A stretch of 64,000 bases of DNA, from NCBI RefSeq assembly GCF_009914755.1, contig NC_060926.1. One strand, 5' to 3'. Position numbers and translations under genes: made by a program. This document shows, piece by piece, positions 15,001 to 28,542 of this stretch. Under the pieces are notes generated by a model. That model was given only the letters and a program-made list of their open reading frames with translations, was not told the DNA's origin and ran no database searches. Source of the DNA: the human T2T-CHM13v2.0 reference genome, Homo sapiens. Position 1 is the first letter of the stretch, and each line of letters opens with the position of its first letter.

Positions 15001-15734
15001 TTACTCATAAAGTCTTAATTGTTGCTGTTCGTGTGCTCTTCAGTTACATCCTGATTTTCAATGAACACGCTTGGAAAGTTGTGAAAAGCATAACTACGAA
15101 CTATTGGCTAATACGGCTTAGGCTTAGGTACTCCCAATTAAGAGGAAACAGATTCTTGAAGAGGTGCAGTTCAAAAATCCAAACACTTTAGTAAGTTCAA
15201 AGCCAGATGGCGCTTCGCACATACCTCGACTGCAGTTGTAGCATGATTCTCTCCCCAGTCCTGTAGTCCTATGCTGTAAGTCAGGGTTCCTGTTTACTCT
15301 TGTATTCATTATCTGAAACCTATTTATTGAATGCATAGTAAGTTCTAGATATTGTTCCAGATATGCCTGATAAAAAGATTGTAAACTCTAGAGTTGTTCC
15401 TATCCACTGTGAATGATACATTTGTAAAAGTACAATATGTATATGCAATTACAAATATGACCAATGTCAAGACAAATGGCCCTATAAAGATGTAACATTT
15501 TAATGATGGCTCACTGTGTTCCCTCTGAAAGTTTTAGCTTCATTGTTAGTAGATATTATCATTATTCTCATTAGTCAGATGAAGCAAACCAAAACCTATT
15601 GAAGCCAAACACTTTGCAGGAGGTTAAAACAGCTAGAATCTGTGGAAGCTGGAGTTGAAACACACAGCAGTGAGCTTTGATAACGCCTAGTTGCTAAACC
15701 TAATCACACTAAGGCAATTCGGGACTTAGATAAT

Positions 15735-15877
15735 TCCCTCCCCCTTCCCTTCTCTTCCCTTCCCTCCCCTCCTCTCCCCTCCCCTCTCCTCCCTTCCCCT
15801 TCCTTCCCTTCCCTTCCCTTTTTTTTCTTTCCTTCCTTCCTTCCTTCCTTCCTTCCTCCCTCCCTCCCTTCCTTCCT
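15735..15877. repeat. Polypyrimidine (CCCTT/CCTT)n tract
   Basis: About 140 bp composed only of C and T. Confidence 0.95.
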
Positions 15878-16043
15878 TGCATTTAGCATATAGCATATGT
15901 ATACCAACTGAATGAATGAATTTTATACTCCGATTCGGTTAAAATCATTCCCTTAAGAATGGAAATGATTTGTAGACTAGTGTAAAATATTCAAGACTCG
16001 TGGCTTAAAGCTGTGTTTCATGCTTCTCCAAGGATGTACTCAC

Positions 16044-16076
16044 CAATGGACAAATTCATGATAGAGTATATTAGTT
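16044..16076 (-). other. Candidate 33-nt micro-exon
   Basis: Minus strand: ctaaatttttttttag|AACTAATATACTCTATCATGAATTTGTCCATTG|gtgagta; motif evidence only. Confidence 0.3.
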
Positions 16077-16419
16077 CTAAAAAAAAATTTAGATTATGAG
16101 TTCTTTTTACTATTATACTTATGACTATATTTCAAGTCACCTTCTCCAGTGCTAACCTCAGTTGTAATTTATGTCTTTGCCATTGACAATGTGGCTGGAC
16201 AAGCCAACATTAAAGTGCACATTTGGAAGCACAAAGCTGATTAGAGATGTACCGTACATGAAAGCCCATGACATATTTAAGTCTCTTGCCCTGTAAGAAG
16301 GTACAGTAGATGAAATGACTTTTACAGAGTATCACTAAACCAAATCACATCATTTTATAGTTTCTCGGTTTCCTCATTCAGGTTCCAAAAGAAATTAAGC
16401 ACCAGTGTCCTAGGCATTA

Positions 16420-16581
16420 ATTCAGGGGTCTAAATCAATTGGAGGGCTTGGTTACATACTTCTTGCCCCCCCGTTTCTGATTCAGGAAGTTTGTGGTGGA
16501 ACCTAAGCATCTGCATTTTCATTAAGTTCCAGGTGATGTCATGCTGCTGGGTACTGGGCTATACCTCGAGAACCATCACTG
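16420..16581. mobile_element. MER5A
   Basis: tctgattcagg...ctgcattttcattaagttccaggtgatg...gagaaccatcactg. Confidence 0.7.
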
Positions 16582-17304
16582 TAAGGCACACATTGCATGG
16601 GAAGAATTAACTTCTATGCATTTGGTACTAAATTTATGTATAATACTTGGGAGAACTGGGAAAATAGTCACGCAAGTCATTTTCTGTGTGTTGTGGTTCA
16701 GGCAAGATATCCTGATTCTGAAAGGTTTCATGACTAGACAAGGACTTCCTTCTGTTCTCCGGATTTAGATATCCAACTATCTCTCCAGCATGGCTATTTG
16801 AGTTTATAAAAGACTTCTCAAAAACAATATGTGCAAATGTTCCAGTACATCTCATATATATTTTGTTCATTTGCTCAGGCCCCAAACCTTGAAGTTAAAC
16901 TTAATTTTGTTCTTTCTCTCAACTCCATGTTAAATTGATGAGCACATCCTGTCAAATACCTGAATCTGCCTACTTCTCTTAATTGATCTCTCTGCTTTGA
17001 CCCAGTAGTCTATTATATTCTGCTGTCCAAAATCCCCCATGGCTTTCATGCCATCTCACTCAGAAGAAAATGCCACATCTTGACTGTGACTCACAGGGGC
17101 TCCTCTCCTGGTTTGTCCCTCTCCAGCCTGCTGACTTGCTTTCTGTTCCTTGAACACCCCACCATGCTCCTGCCTTGGGAGTCTGTGTACTTCCTGGAAT
17201 GCACTTCCCCTGCCTCTCATTCTAGCTCCCTCCCTCTGCATATCTCCCTAGCTTACTCCCTCACAGCCTTCACATCACTATGCCAATAACGTTTCCTGAC
17301 CTGA

Positions 17305-17598
<294 letters not shown>

Positions 17599-19511
17599 TA
17601 GGAGCAGATTTTTTTTTTCCTTTTAACAGCCTTATCTTTAACACCCAGTACTATTCCAGGCATGTAGTAGGTTCTTAATTAATATTTTTAAGTAGATGAA
17701 TTTTAAAGATTGAAATACCAAAATTCACTGAAGAGAAGACACTAGCTCAAGGACATCACTGGAGTCAGGGCTGGGAAACAGGGGCAGAGGCCACCTTCTT
17801 AAAAGCCCAAGATGGCGGTTCTTTCTATTAAAGCCCACACCAGGTTTGGGGCTCCTCTGCCTCCAAGAAAGAAGTGTGACCTCTGCTTGAACTGAGAGAA
17901 CTTGAGCTTAAAATAACTGTGAGTCACGGCCTTCCCTGAACCTTCTTCCTTCCTGCAAGGCCCGAGGTTGTTCCCATAGCCGTTCCCTGGAGGACATTAG
18001 CAATGTGGCATATATTTGAGGGTCCCTGGGAAGACAAGAGCTTGCATTCCTAAGAATGTGAGAGGAGCCCAACCCCAGCGCCTATCCCATGTGATTGGAG
18101 GAAGTGGCCTGGCTGATATTTCAAGAAGGAATGGGTCATGGGAGTCATGTCACTGCTCGGGTTTGTCTTCTGCTGACATTGGGACATTGCTGGCAAGAAG
18201 CAGGACTTGCATGATTCACACTGTCAGCTGAAGGTCTGAATCCTGCCAAATCACCATCTCCCATCCTAGTGTTGCTTGTCACCTCCAGTCATTTATGCAT
18301 TCCTTCTTTAATGATTTATTTCACCCTCTCTATCTACGAAACACTATGCTAGATGAATGCTCCTAACAAACTATGAGCAATACTGACATAACACCTGACT
18401 TCAAAGGCTTTTAAAAAGATGGGAACAGTCCCACTGATAGGTGACATTTGGAATTTTCACTAATGATGTAGAATAAAAGGGAAGTAGAAGCTGAGGGAAG
18501 GACGAGAGGTCCCAGAGACTCCAATCTGACTCTCACACCTCTTGCTTTACAGTTGAGGAAATTGAAGCTCAGGGATTGTTCCTTTTTGTGTCCTTGAAGG
18601 GTGAGCTGATGATCAGTCCACAGTGCCTCTGTGCCCTGATGTAAGGATGTATTGTTTGCATAGTTCAACTCAAGAAATAGTGTTTCCTTTGCAGTTCTCA
18701 AATTCAATAATGCCTAATTTACAATAATTATCTGCTGCAGACCATCAATGAATGTGAGCATATATGGCAGACAAAAGTTGATGTTTGCAATTTTATAACA
18801 GGTATATTTATAGATATCTGTTATAAACAGTGCTATTTATAGACCCTCAGAAGGGCCTAACAATCAAGGCTGGGGGCGGGGCGGGATAGTTCTGCTGAAT
18901 TTCCTAGTGGCCCCCAGCATCTCAGGATACAGACTATTTCTTCTTCCAATGTCCTGTCCATACATTCTCATGTGCACAGAGATGGAGAGGCTCAGTACAG
19001 AAAGCCCATTTCATCAGCGGGTAAGTGAGAGGAGTCCTCCAGTATACACTCATGTTCTCGCTTTCCTCTCTTCCCTACAAACCCTATATATACTGTGTGT
19101 CTTTTCTTAAAGAAGGCAATGTGTGAATAAGGAAATCTCAGCCTTCAAAAATGCCAACGGCTTCTGTGACATGCTTTGTTACAGAAGAGCAAAATCCTTC
19201 TTTATTTCTTTCCTTTCTTCTCTGAGTTTCTCCAGATGAGAGGTGGGGTCTCACTCCTCTCTGTCCCTCTATTGCCAGGTAGAGCAGATGTTACAGAGCT
19301 ATTGCTCAATGCATTTGAACTGAACTGGCTCATTATTTACTTATATTGTGAACCCCTTGAAGATATTTGGAGGTTTATATCATTCATCTTCAAATCTCAA
19401 CCATTTATGCTGTGGCCTGACATATAGCTCTCTCAAACAATACTAACTGAGAAGTCCAGCCTGGTTGGGGGTGAGGAACCAAACAGTAGAATGCTACCTG
19501 TGCCAAAAATA

Positions 19512-19700
19512 TGTATGGTAGGTTGCAAAGGTTGGCCAAAAATTTCCTCCTCTTTGTATCCATGTCCTTTGCAAGGTGAGTTTGCAGCAGCGCCCTTAAA
19601 GCAGTGACACAATTTTCTATCCCTTGGGGTTGGTCTGCTCTTATGACTTTCTCCAGACAATAGAATGCAGCAATGTGATACTGTGATCTTTATGAGACTT
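19512..19700 (+). mobile_element. MLT1G/H-type LTR fragment
   Basis: tggtaggttgcaaaggttggcc...tgactttctccagacaatagaatgcagc. Confidence 0.55.
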
Positions 19701-20931
19701 TTAGGCATGCGAAGTTAGAGATTGTCATGCAAGCTGTTACAGCATTTATTAACATTACAGCAATGGATTGGCCACTAAGATGGGAAATAGGGCCTAATTG
19801 ATGTGTTAAGTTAGTAGATTAGGAGGGTCACCTGGGACTTTGTGTTGTGAAGAATTCTGAGGCCACATCAGTGATGTTGGCCCTGGATGTATGAGGGTAT
19901 GGAGAAGGAATGGTAGCATTATGCTACTCAATGTCCATCAGTGTCCTATTTCTGATAGCACTGAATTAAGCCCTGGGGCAATATAGGCATGGAGTACATG
20001 GTTCTCATCATCAAGGATATAGAAGCCCATGTTAAAGAAGCCCTTATTTGCACTAGAACAGGCAGTTGTATAAGAACTTTGCTCTCAGGAATTAGAATTC
20101 TCTGATAGATACTTAATGAATACATGCCATACAATCTTCATGTTAAACTTGTATTAAGTCATTTAAGCTGAGGTATCCTAACTGAGGAAATGTGTACCAC
20201 TGAGGGTAGGTACTCAAACACCTTCTGAGGACGTGAGGGCAAGGATAGATTTCAGCTTATCAATGTTTAGACCCATGACACCCATAGGTGCTCTTTCCTA
20301 AAACTGACCTGCCTAGGAGGATACCTGGGGTCTACCTGTTCTCTTATCCCACACGCCTTTGATAATTGTCCTTCGACTGCAATCAAAATATGCCCATTCT
20401 GAATCTTTGCATGGTGCATTGGTCCAAAGTGTAAAAATATTCCAACAAAAGAATATTATAACATAAGTGGAACACGCATCTCTCTGAAGGAAGCATCCTT
20501 CTAGGACAAAGTAAAGATGGCATCCATAAAAAATACTAGGCTTATTGAATCCAGGTAACAGACTCCCAGCAAGGCCCGACAGCTTCCTCTCTCTTTCTCA
20601 TCACTGTCTCTCTGTGTCTCTTTCTTTCTCTTTCTTTTTGTTAGAATAAGAATTCAGAAGTGTATTATGATAACAATGGATATCAATATATTTATTTTAA
20701 TTTTTTAAATGGGGTCAAATTTCATTTTCAATTGGCTTTATGGTGGGCATCTTCCATATACTAAAATTAAATTACAGATATAAGAGTTTCATTAAAATAG
20801 GTTTATATGTACATAATCTATATTAACATAACTATGTACTTAAATAATATACACACAGAAGTATACCATTTACAACTATTTGTATTTGTGAAGAATATTT
20901 TAGATGCCAATTTAAAAAGCATGAAAATATA

Positions 20932-21122
20932 TGTAGTCGGCAGCCTCCATGTACTCCCAAATGATGTTTGCCTCCTGGTATTTACACGTTTAGATAATTT
21001 CCTTACACAATGAATCAGAGCTGGTTGTGTGACCAAGAGTGTGTGATAGAGATGACAGTGTGTGACTTTTGAGGCCAGCTCATTAGAGACTTTGTGGCCT
21101 CCTCTTTGCTCTCTTGAGCCAT
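20932..21122 (+). mobile_element. MLT1F-type LTR 5' fragment
   Basis: tgtagtcggcagcctcc...cctcctggtatttacac...gtgtgacttttgaggccag. Confidence 0.6.
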
Positions 21123-21845
21123 TTGATAATATTAATACTAGCATCTAGCATTTTCAGAGCTCTTACACCATGCAGGAAATGTGCTAAGTTGCTCCCAGGG
21201 GAGTTTTGGAAGGTACAAGAGCATAGATCCAAATTATACCCGTACTGCATTTAAGGTAGGAAGAGACACATCAGGACAAATTAAAGGGTGAGCACCACAG
21301 GAAAAAGCAAACTCTGTGTCTGCAAAGCAGATTGAGAAGCCTCCTTGAAAGGGAAGAAGGGAGAAGACTAATTTGTTCCAATAACAACCAACATGAAAGT
21401 GAGGAAAGCCTGGCGACAGAGGACTAGTCCATTGTATCAGGGGCCCTGAATCTGTGATTGGTGAGAGAGAAGACCCCAAAATGTGCCACATCTTGATGAC
21501 CCTCTCTCTGTATTTTGGGAGCTAACTGTCAGTGTCTCAGTTACAAATTACACACTGCATTTTCTAACATCTTGTCATCATAGGCTTGGATTTCTTTATG
21601 TCAATTGCAATTGTAAAAATTTGTTGAAAAGAATCCAGTTTGACAGAGTATGTGCAGAGGGAACCACTACTCTTTCTGTAAAGCCCCAGGCCCCTCACTC
21701 TCTTCAACTCAATGTTAGGCTACGATGTGGGCCCTGCATTCAAATAAAGTCTGAACCAAATTTTAGGTAGTAGAATGGGATACTAAGATTCACCCTAGAG
21801 AATCAATTAATTGTTAACAAAAGAAACATTGACACAAGTTACTCA

Positions 21846-22371
<526 letters not shown>

Positions 22372-22659
22372 TCACACTAGACATATTTCTCTCATAATTT
22401 CATGAGTCAGAAAGCATCCCCCATTTTATGAATATGGAACCATGGCTCAGAGGCAGGGTCCATGGTAGCACAGGTTGTCTGTCCACTGCATAATTCCAGG
22501 TAATGACCGTCACATGCGAATGATTCATGTGCCCAAAGTTACCCAGATAACTAGTGGCAAGAACAACATTTGAACCCATCTTAATCTCTAATCAAAGCCT
22601 TTCTTTTTTTCCCTGAGGCAGATATTCTTCCGCTGTTTTTGTTTATTTCACAATGTAGA

Positions 22660-22955
22660 CTTTTTTCTTTGAGACAGGGTCTCATTCTGTTGTCCAGGCT
22701 GGAGGGCAGTGGCATGACCATAGCTCACAGCAGCCATGAACTCTAGGGCTCAAGTGGTCCTCCTGCCTCAGCCTCCTGAGTAACTGGGGCTATAGGCACA
22801 CACCACATTAATGGGCTAGGCTAATTTTTAAAAAATTTTTGTAGATACTGGTTCTTGCCTTGTTGCCCAGGCTGGTCTCAAACTCCTTAAATGATCCTTC
22901 CATTTCTACTGCCCAAAGTGCCGGGATTATAGGTATGAACCACCATGCTCAGCCC
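22660..22955 (-). mobile_element. AluJ
   Basis: gagacagggtctc...atagctcacagcagcc...gggctcaagtggtcctcctgcc (J-type). Confidence 0.9.
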
Positions 22956-24882
22956 CATGATGCGGATTTTAATAAAAAAGGAGGTGAGATAGGATTCAAA
23001 GAGAAACAACAGGACTTTCAAAAAACTGAACTCTTCCTGAGCTTTTTGATAGAACAAAGGAGAGTTAATGAGAAGGTGAAAGTGAGGGAAGGGTTGTGTG
23101 GGGTGGAAAGGAGCTGCAGGGTTATTTGAGCTTGAATGGAGAATTTAATATTTACAAGTTTGGGGACCAAAGAAAGCTATTGGTGTTAGTGGGGAAGAAT
23201 TTTTCTGAGACAGCTGCAAAAGCAGTTGAAGTCATTTGAGATTTGGAATCTCTTTGTCTAATGTTAGATTTTGCCTCGACATTTGTTTTAGGTCATCCCT
23301 GGTGAAAAAGGACCCCACACATGTGCAGCAAAGAATGAGAGCACAAAATACCACAGCCAGCGAGGTGACATCTGTGCCTGGCATTTAAAGGGGGTCAAGG
23401 AGGGGTTTCGGGTCCTTGCTGCCAATGCCATCAGGCACCTCCGGTTAGATGTGCCTTTTCTGCCAAGGCCAAGAGTCCCTTCCTTCTGCAGGTCCATGGA
23501 GGTTGGGGAGCCTGACCCTCAGGACCTTCAGGCTCCATATACCTACCTCAGTTGGTGGAGCTGCAAGTCTGGACTCATTGGTAACACATTTATAGCGGAA
23601 ATGCAAGTTCAGTCTTGTAGAACATGTGGCAACCTTTTGTATGAATCGACACCGCTGACATTAGGAGGATTAAGTACGAAGACTTTTCACTTGCAGGAGG
23701 ACGCTCGTCATTCTAGAGGTTCCTTGTTTTTTTCAAAGGATTTTTGTGTTTTTCTCCAGCCACTCCCCACCCTCAGGTCTCCTTACACATTTTGACATTT
23801 ACAGTAAACAGGGATTAGCCTCAGCTAACCAAGGGTGGCTAGCAGATGGTTTTAATGAGCTGTGTCTTAAAGAGAAAAGATTTAAGACTGACATGAAGGC
23901 TATTTACATGGAGTGGAGTGGACTGCACATGGCCCAGCCTCAGACCTGATGCTACTGCCTCTACCACTCCCTGCTTCATGGCTTCTGCAAAAAAAAAAAA
24001 ATGGAAATAACTATAGCTTCCATTTATTGATCACTTACTATCTTCCACATACCTACATGGTTTCCTTATCCGCCATCTGCAGGAATCCATGTGATAGGTA
24101 TGGTTATGTCTACTTCACAGAGGAAGAAACCAGGCTGAGAGTCATTCACTGATACCAATGATTGTGCTCCTAACCACTATTCTATACCATTTGCCAAAAA
24201 TTATGGAATAAAAATCATGGTAAAAGATTCAGAAAGCAACACTCAGAAATTATATAAAGAAGTTTGATAATTTTAAGAGGACCCAAAGGCTCTGTGGTAA
24301 TTGGACAACTGATAATCCACTTAATAGGGCCCAGGGAAGGGATGGACAGAGACCAGGCATTATCATCATTATCTGAGCTGACACTCATAGAACAAGTACT
24401 GAATTACATGCTTTGTATGTACAAATTCAATCTTTGACAACAATCTTACAGAGTAGATCCTATCATCACCCTGATTTTATGGTGAACTTGAAACCTGGAG
24501 AAGTTAAACATTGCTCAAGGTCATGATGCTAGTAAATGACTGATTCCATATCTAAATCTAGGATTCTGGACCAGAGACCATGTTTGTAACTATTATGCTG
24601 TATACAGAGAGAGGAAGGAGAGTGTTGACCTCAGGGCATGGAGTTTCTGTCTTGAGAACTCGCTGAGGGCTGTGCGAATGATTTACATGTAACTTATGTG
24701 CAACAAAGCATGTTTTCAAGAGTGCATAGGAGTTTTTTGCATGAAACAGAAGAATTCATTCAGAACCACTGTACAGATTCCAAAAGCACAGAATAGAATA
24801 AGGAGTTCAAGTTCTAGTGGTCATGATTCTGATGTATACCAACAGAGGAGGAGGATGGCTGTACCAAAAAGAGAATGGAATC

Positions 24883-25360
24883 CACAGTGGACTGAATGGT
24901 GGCCCCAAAGATATCAGGCCTTAAACCTTGGAACCTCTCAATGTTACCTTATATGTTACAGTTCTCCAGATGTGATTCAATGAAAGACTTTACAATAAAG
25001 AGATTATCATAGATTGTCAAGTGGGTCTTAAATACCATCACAAGTCACCTTATACAGAGAGAGGTAGAGGGAAAATAGACACACAGAGGGGAAGACTACA
25101 TGAAGATGGAGGTAAAAATTGGAGTGATGCAGCTGCAAGCCAAGGAATGCTGGCAGCCACCAGAAAATGGAAGAGGTGAGGAACAGATAGGTGCTTTCCA
25201 GAGCGTTGGAGGGAGCTTGGACTTGCTGATATCTTGATTTCAGCCCATTATTACTAATTTTGATCTTTTGGCCTTAAGAACTAACAGTGAGAGAATAAAC
25301 TTTTGTTAATGTAAACCACTATGTGATGACTTAATACAGCAGCCACAGAAAATGAATACA
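24883..25360 (+). mobile_element. MLT1C/D-type LTR
   Basis: ggactgaatggtggcccc...gcaagccaaggaatgctggcagccaccag...gcagccacagaaaatgaataca. Confidence 0.85.
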
Positions 25361-25606
25361 GGCTCTTAGCTTGTGGTCATAGAGCGGTAATGTTGAAGCT
25401 ATAGGAAACTGCTCTCCTGTGGATAAGCCTTATCCCTCCTTACTCTATCAGCTCACACACCAGCTGCCACAGTGACACATCTACAGACTTCCAGGCCCAT
25501 GCCAGCCATCACTCTGTTGCCTTGACCTACCTCAGATGCATCAGCATCCCATTCAAAATCTGCAGCCTTTGAATCTTGACTTTGTTTCTCCTTCTGTATA
25601 AATCAA

Positions 25607-26025
25607 TGTTAATTAATCAATTCAGTGTTCTTCAGTGAACCAATAGCACACATAAATACTGGGAGGATGTATTTTAAGGAATTAGCTCATAAGATTATGG
25701 AGGCTGGCAAGTCCAAAATCTGCAGGGTGAGCTGGCAGTTCAGAGACCTAGGGAAGAGCTGATGTTGCAGTTCAAGTCTGAAGACCATCTGCTGGCAGAA
25801 TTTCTTCTTGTTCACAGGAGATCCGTCTTCATCTATTAAGACCTTCAATTGATTGGATGGACCCCTCTCCCATATTATGGAGAGCAATCTGCTTTACTCA
25901 AAGTCCACCCATTTAAATGTTAGCCTCCTCCCAAATCACTCTCATAAAAACATCCAGAATAATATTTAACTGAATATCTAGGTACTGTGGCCCAGCTAAG
26001 TTGATGCATGAGATAAACCCTCATA
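25607..26025 (-). mobile_element. MLT2 (ERVL) LTR
   Basis: aaggaattagctcataagattatggaggctggcaagtccaaaatctgcagg...cccagctaagttga. Confidence 0.85.
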
Positions 26026-26904
26026 ATTTCTTACCTTTTCTCATTGGACTTGAGGGTTTAACTTCATTTCTTCAACTCAGCTCTCAACCCTCAGTACCAC
26101 CTAAGGACTCTGGCTAACCTTACCCATTGAAATCTCTTCTCCTGGTTTCCCTGGATAAGATCCCCTCGTCAAGCCAATGACTCGCCTGCTCAATGGTCTA
26201 GCTTTAGGATAATTTTTTGCAACACTGATGGCAAGCCCTAGGCCCAAGGATATGGAGAAGACTCACAGGTCTTAATGAATAAAGAGCAAGTTCAACAGCA
26301 TTTCCTGGTCATCAAGTCACCTGCAGAAACGGTTAGGCACAATTGTGTTCTAAGAATACTGTTCACCCATCTCTATGCTGAGCATGGAAGATGAGGCTTC
26401 GATGAATGTCCCCGAGCCTTCATTTGTAAAGAATCCATCTGAATCCAGCAACTACCTCAGGAATAATGAGTGTCTTATGTTTTAGGAAAGTCCTATTTAT
26501 GGTAGAATAAACCAAGTCATAGAAGCAATTATTCACTTCCCATTTCGCGGGGCTTCTGTGTGTGAATATCCACAGCTTGTGCAGTTTATACTTCATGGAT
26601 TCTGTATAAGATTCAGGATTTTGCATGTCAGTATGACGGTGTTGGCCTTCCCTTACTTGATTAAGGATTATTTCATTTTTCCAATGAAATTTGTACCCTT
26701 AACTCAATACAGGTTCAAAACTATAACCAAGTGGTTGCTTTTTGATGCATTTCAAACCAATATTTTATATATTTCAAATCTCCAATTGAAGAAAACATAA
26801 TACAGTGCAGGGAGATACAGACTTGGAGGCAGAAGACTTGGCCCTTAACCCTGGCATGTCCATTTAGAGCTATACATGGATGGGGATGTTGCTTAACCTT
26901 TCTA

Positions 26905-27416
26905 GCATGACCAACTTACCCATTAGGCACAGCAAGCACAGTGCCAGCTTTCAAGGGTCCAGAAGAATGTTTTAATTTATTTTAAGGAAGAAGAAGAAAA
27001 AAATGAACTTGTAATAATTTGTATAATGAGTTATAAAAATAATTATAGATTACAAACTTATAATAATTTATAGATTATAAGATTGATATAGATTATAATA
27101 GTCTATAATATTATCAATTTTATATTATCTATTATTTTATATTATCTTGATAATATAAGATTGGTAATGTTGATTAATATTATATCACAGGATTAAATGA
27201 CACCATAGGTATGTGGCCCTAATCTAATAGAATTGGTGCCCTTTTAAGAAGAGTAAGGGTCACCAAGGGTGTGGAAGCACAGAAAAAAGATATAGATCTT
27301 ATAATATTAACATTTTTGTCTTTATGTCTACACAGTGTAAAATCAAATTTCATGAAGAAAAAGGACCACACAGGCAAATGTACCCTAGTGTCCAAGAAAG
27401 TTGTAATGCAGCTCTG
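26905..27416. mobile_element. MER53-like hAT MITE, interrupted by AT-rich filler and an MLT1 fragment
   Basis: acttacccattaggcacagcaagcacagtgcc ... gaaagttgtaatgcagctctg. Confidence 0.65.
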
Positions 27417-28155
27417 ATCTTTGGCCCTCAGTCTTCTTATCTGTAAATAGGGGCTGAATATGAATAGCGGATCTTATGACAGAATTCTAGGACTCATAGG
27501 CATTTGTAAGATATTGATAGAGTCTGCAAATTCTTTTTGATATTCTATAAGTCCCAACACTTAGGGTAAACGTATCTGTTGAATGGACTCCTTATGTTGA
27601 AAGCACATTAATTTTGAAATAACAGACCTGGTTCAAATCATGGGGGTCGGTTGTTCATTTGCTGTGTGAATTTCGACACACCCTCAGTACTGAGACTTAG
27701 GTTCTTTACCTATAATATGTAAAATGTGAAAACAAGTATTTTTGGGTTTTTTTTTGATGATTAAAAGTAACAGAAGCAGAGTACATAGCACAGGTACCTT
27801 AACACTTTGTAGAAGTTCAATAAATAATACTGCTATAATCAATTTTTATTGCTGTAGTTTGACATTTATCAGCTGAAAAAGCTACCTTATAGTGAACATC
27901 CAATTTAGCAAATTACTGAATAATAAAGGTTGAGGAAAGGGATGAAAATAGTTAATAATTTGAGAGGCAACTTTTAAAAATGTTCCTATAAGCATTCCTC
28001 TTCATTGTCTTAAGTGGGGTAGTTTGGTGACTAAAGTTATGCATTCATCGATTTGGTCACTAGATCAAATAAAGTAGAAATGCTGGGACTGGTTTAGAAA
28101 AGTATGATTAAGGAAGAGGTAAGAAAGCTAAGGGAATGGATTGTGACATCAGATC

Positions 28156-28542
28156 TGTTATGGACTGAATTGTGTTCCTCCCCTAAAATTCAGATGTTGA
28201 AGCCCTAATGCTCAATGTGACTACATGTGGAGATAGAGCCTAGAACGAGGTAGTGAAAGTTGAATGACATCATAGGGACTGGGCTCTAATCTGATAGAAT
28301 TGATGGTCTCGTAAGAAGAGGAAGAGACACCAAGGGTATGGGAGCACAGAGAAAAGGCCACATGAGTACACAGTGAGAAGATAGCTATCTGAAAGCCTGG
28401 AAGAGAGACCTCAGAAGAAACCAACCCTGCTGGCACCTTGATCTTGGACTTCCAGCCTCCAGAACCATGAGAAGTAAATGTCAGTTTTTTAAGCCATCTA
28501 GTCTGTGGCATTTGGTGATGACAGCTCAGGCTGGCAAATACA
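28156..28542 (+). mobile_element. MLT1A/B-type LTR
   Basis: tgttatggactgaattgtgttcc...ctggcaccttgatcttggacttccagcctccagaac...aataca. Confidence 0.9.

Noticed and set aside
23451-23795. 114-aa ORF with a good plus-strand acceptor (cccttccttctgcag)
   Set aside because: GTG start, weak donor and no recognisable product
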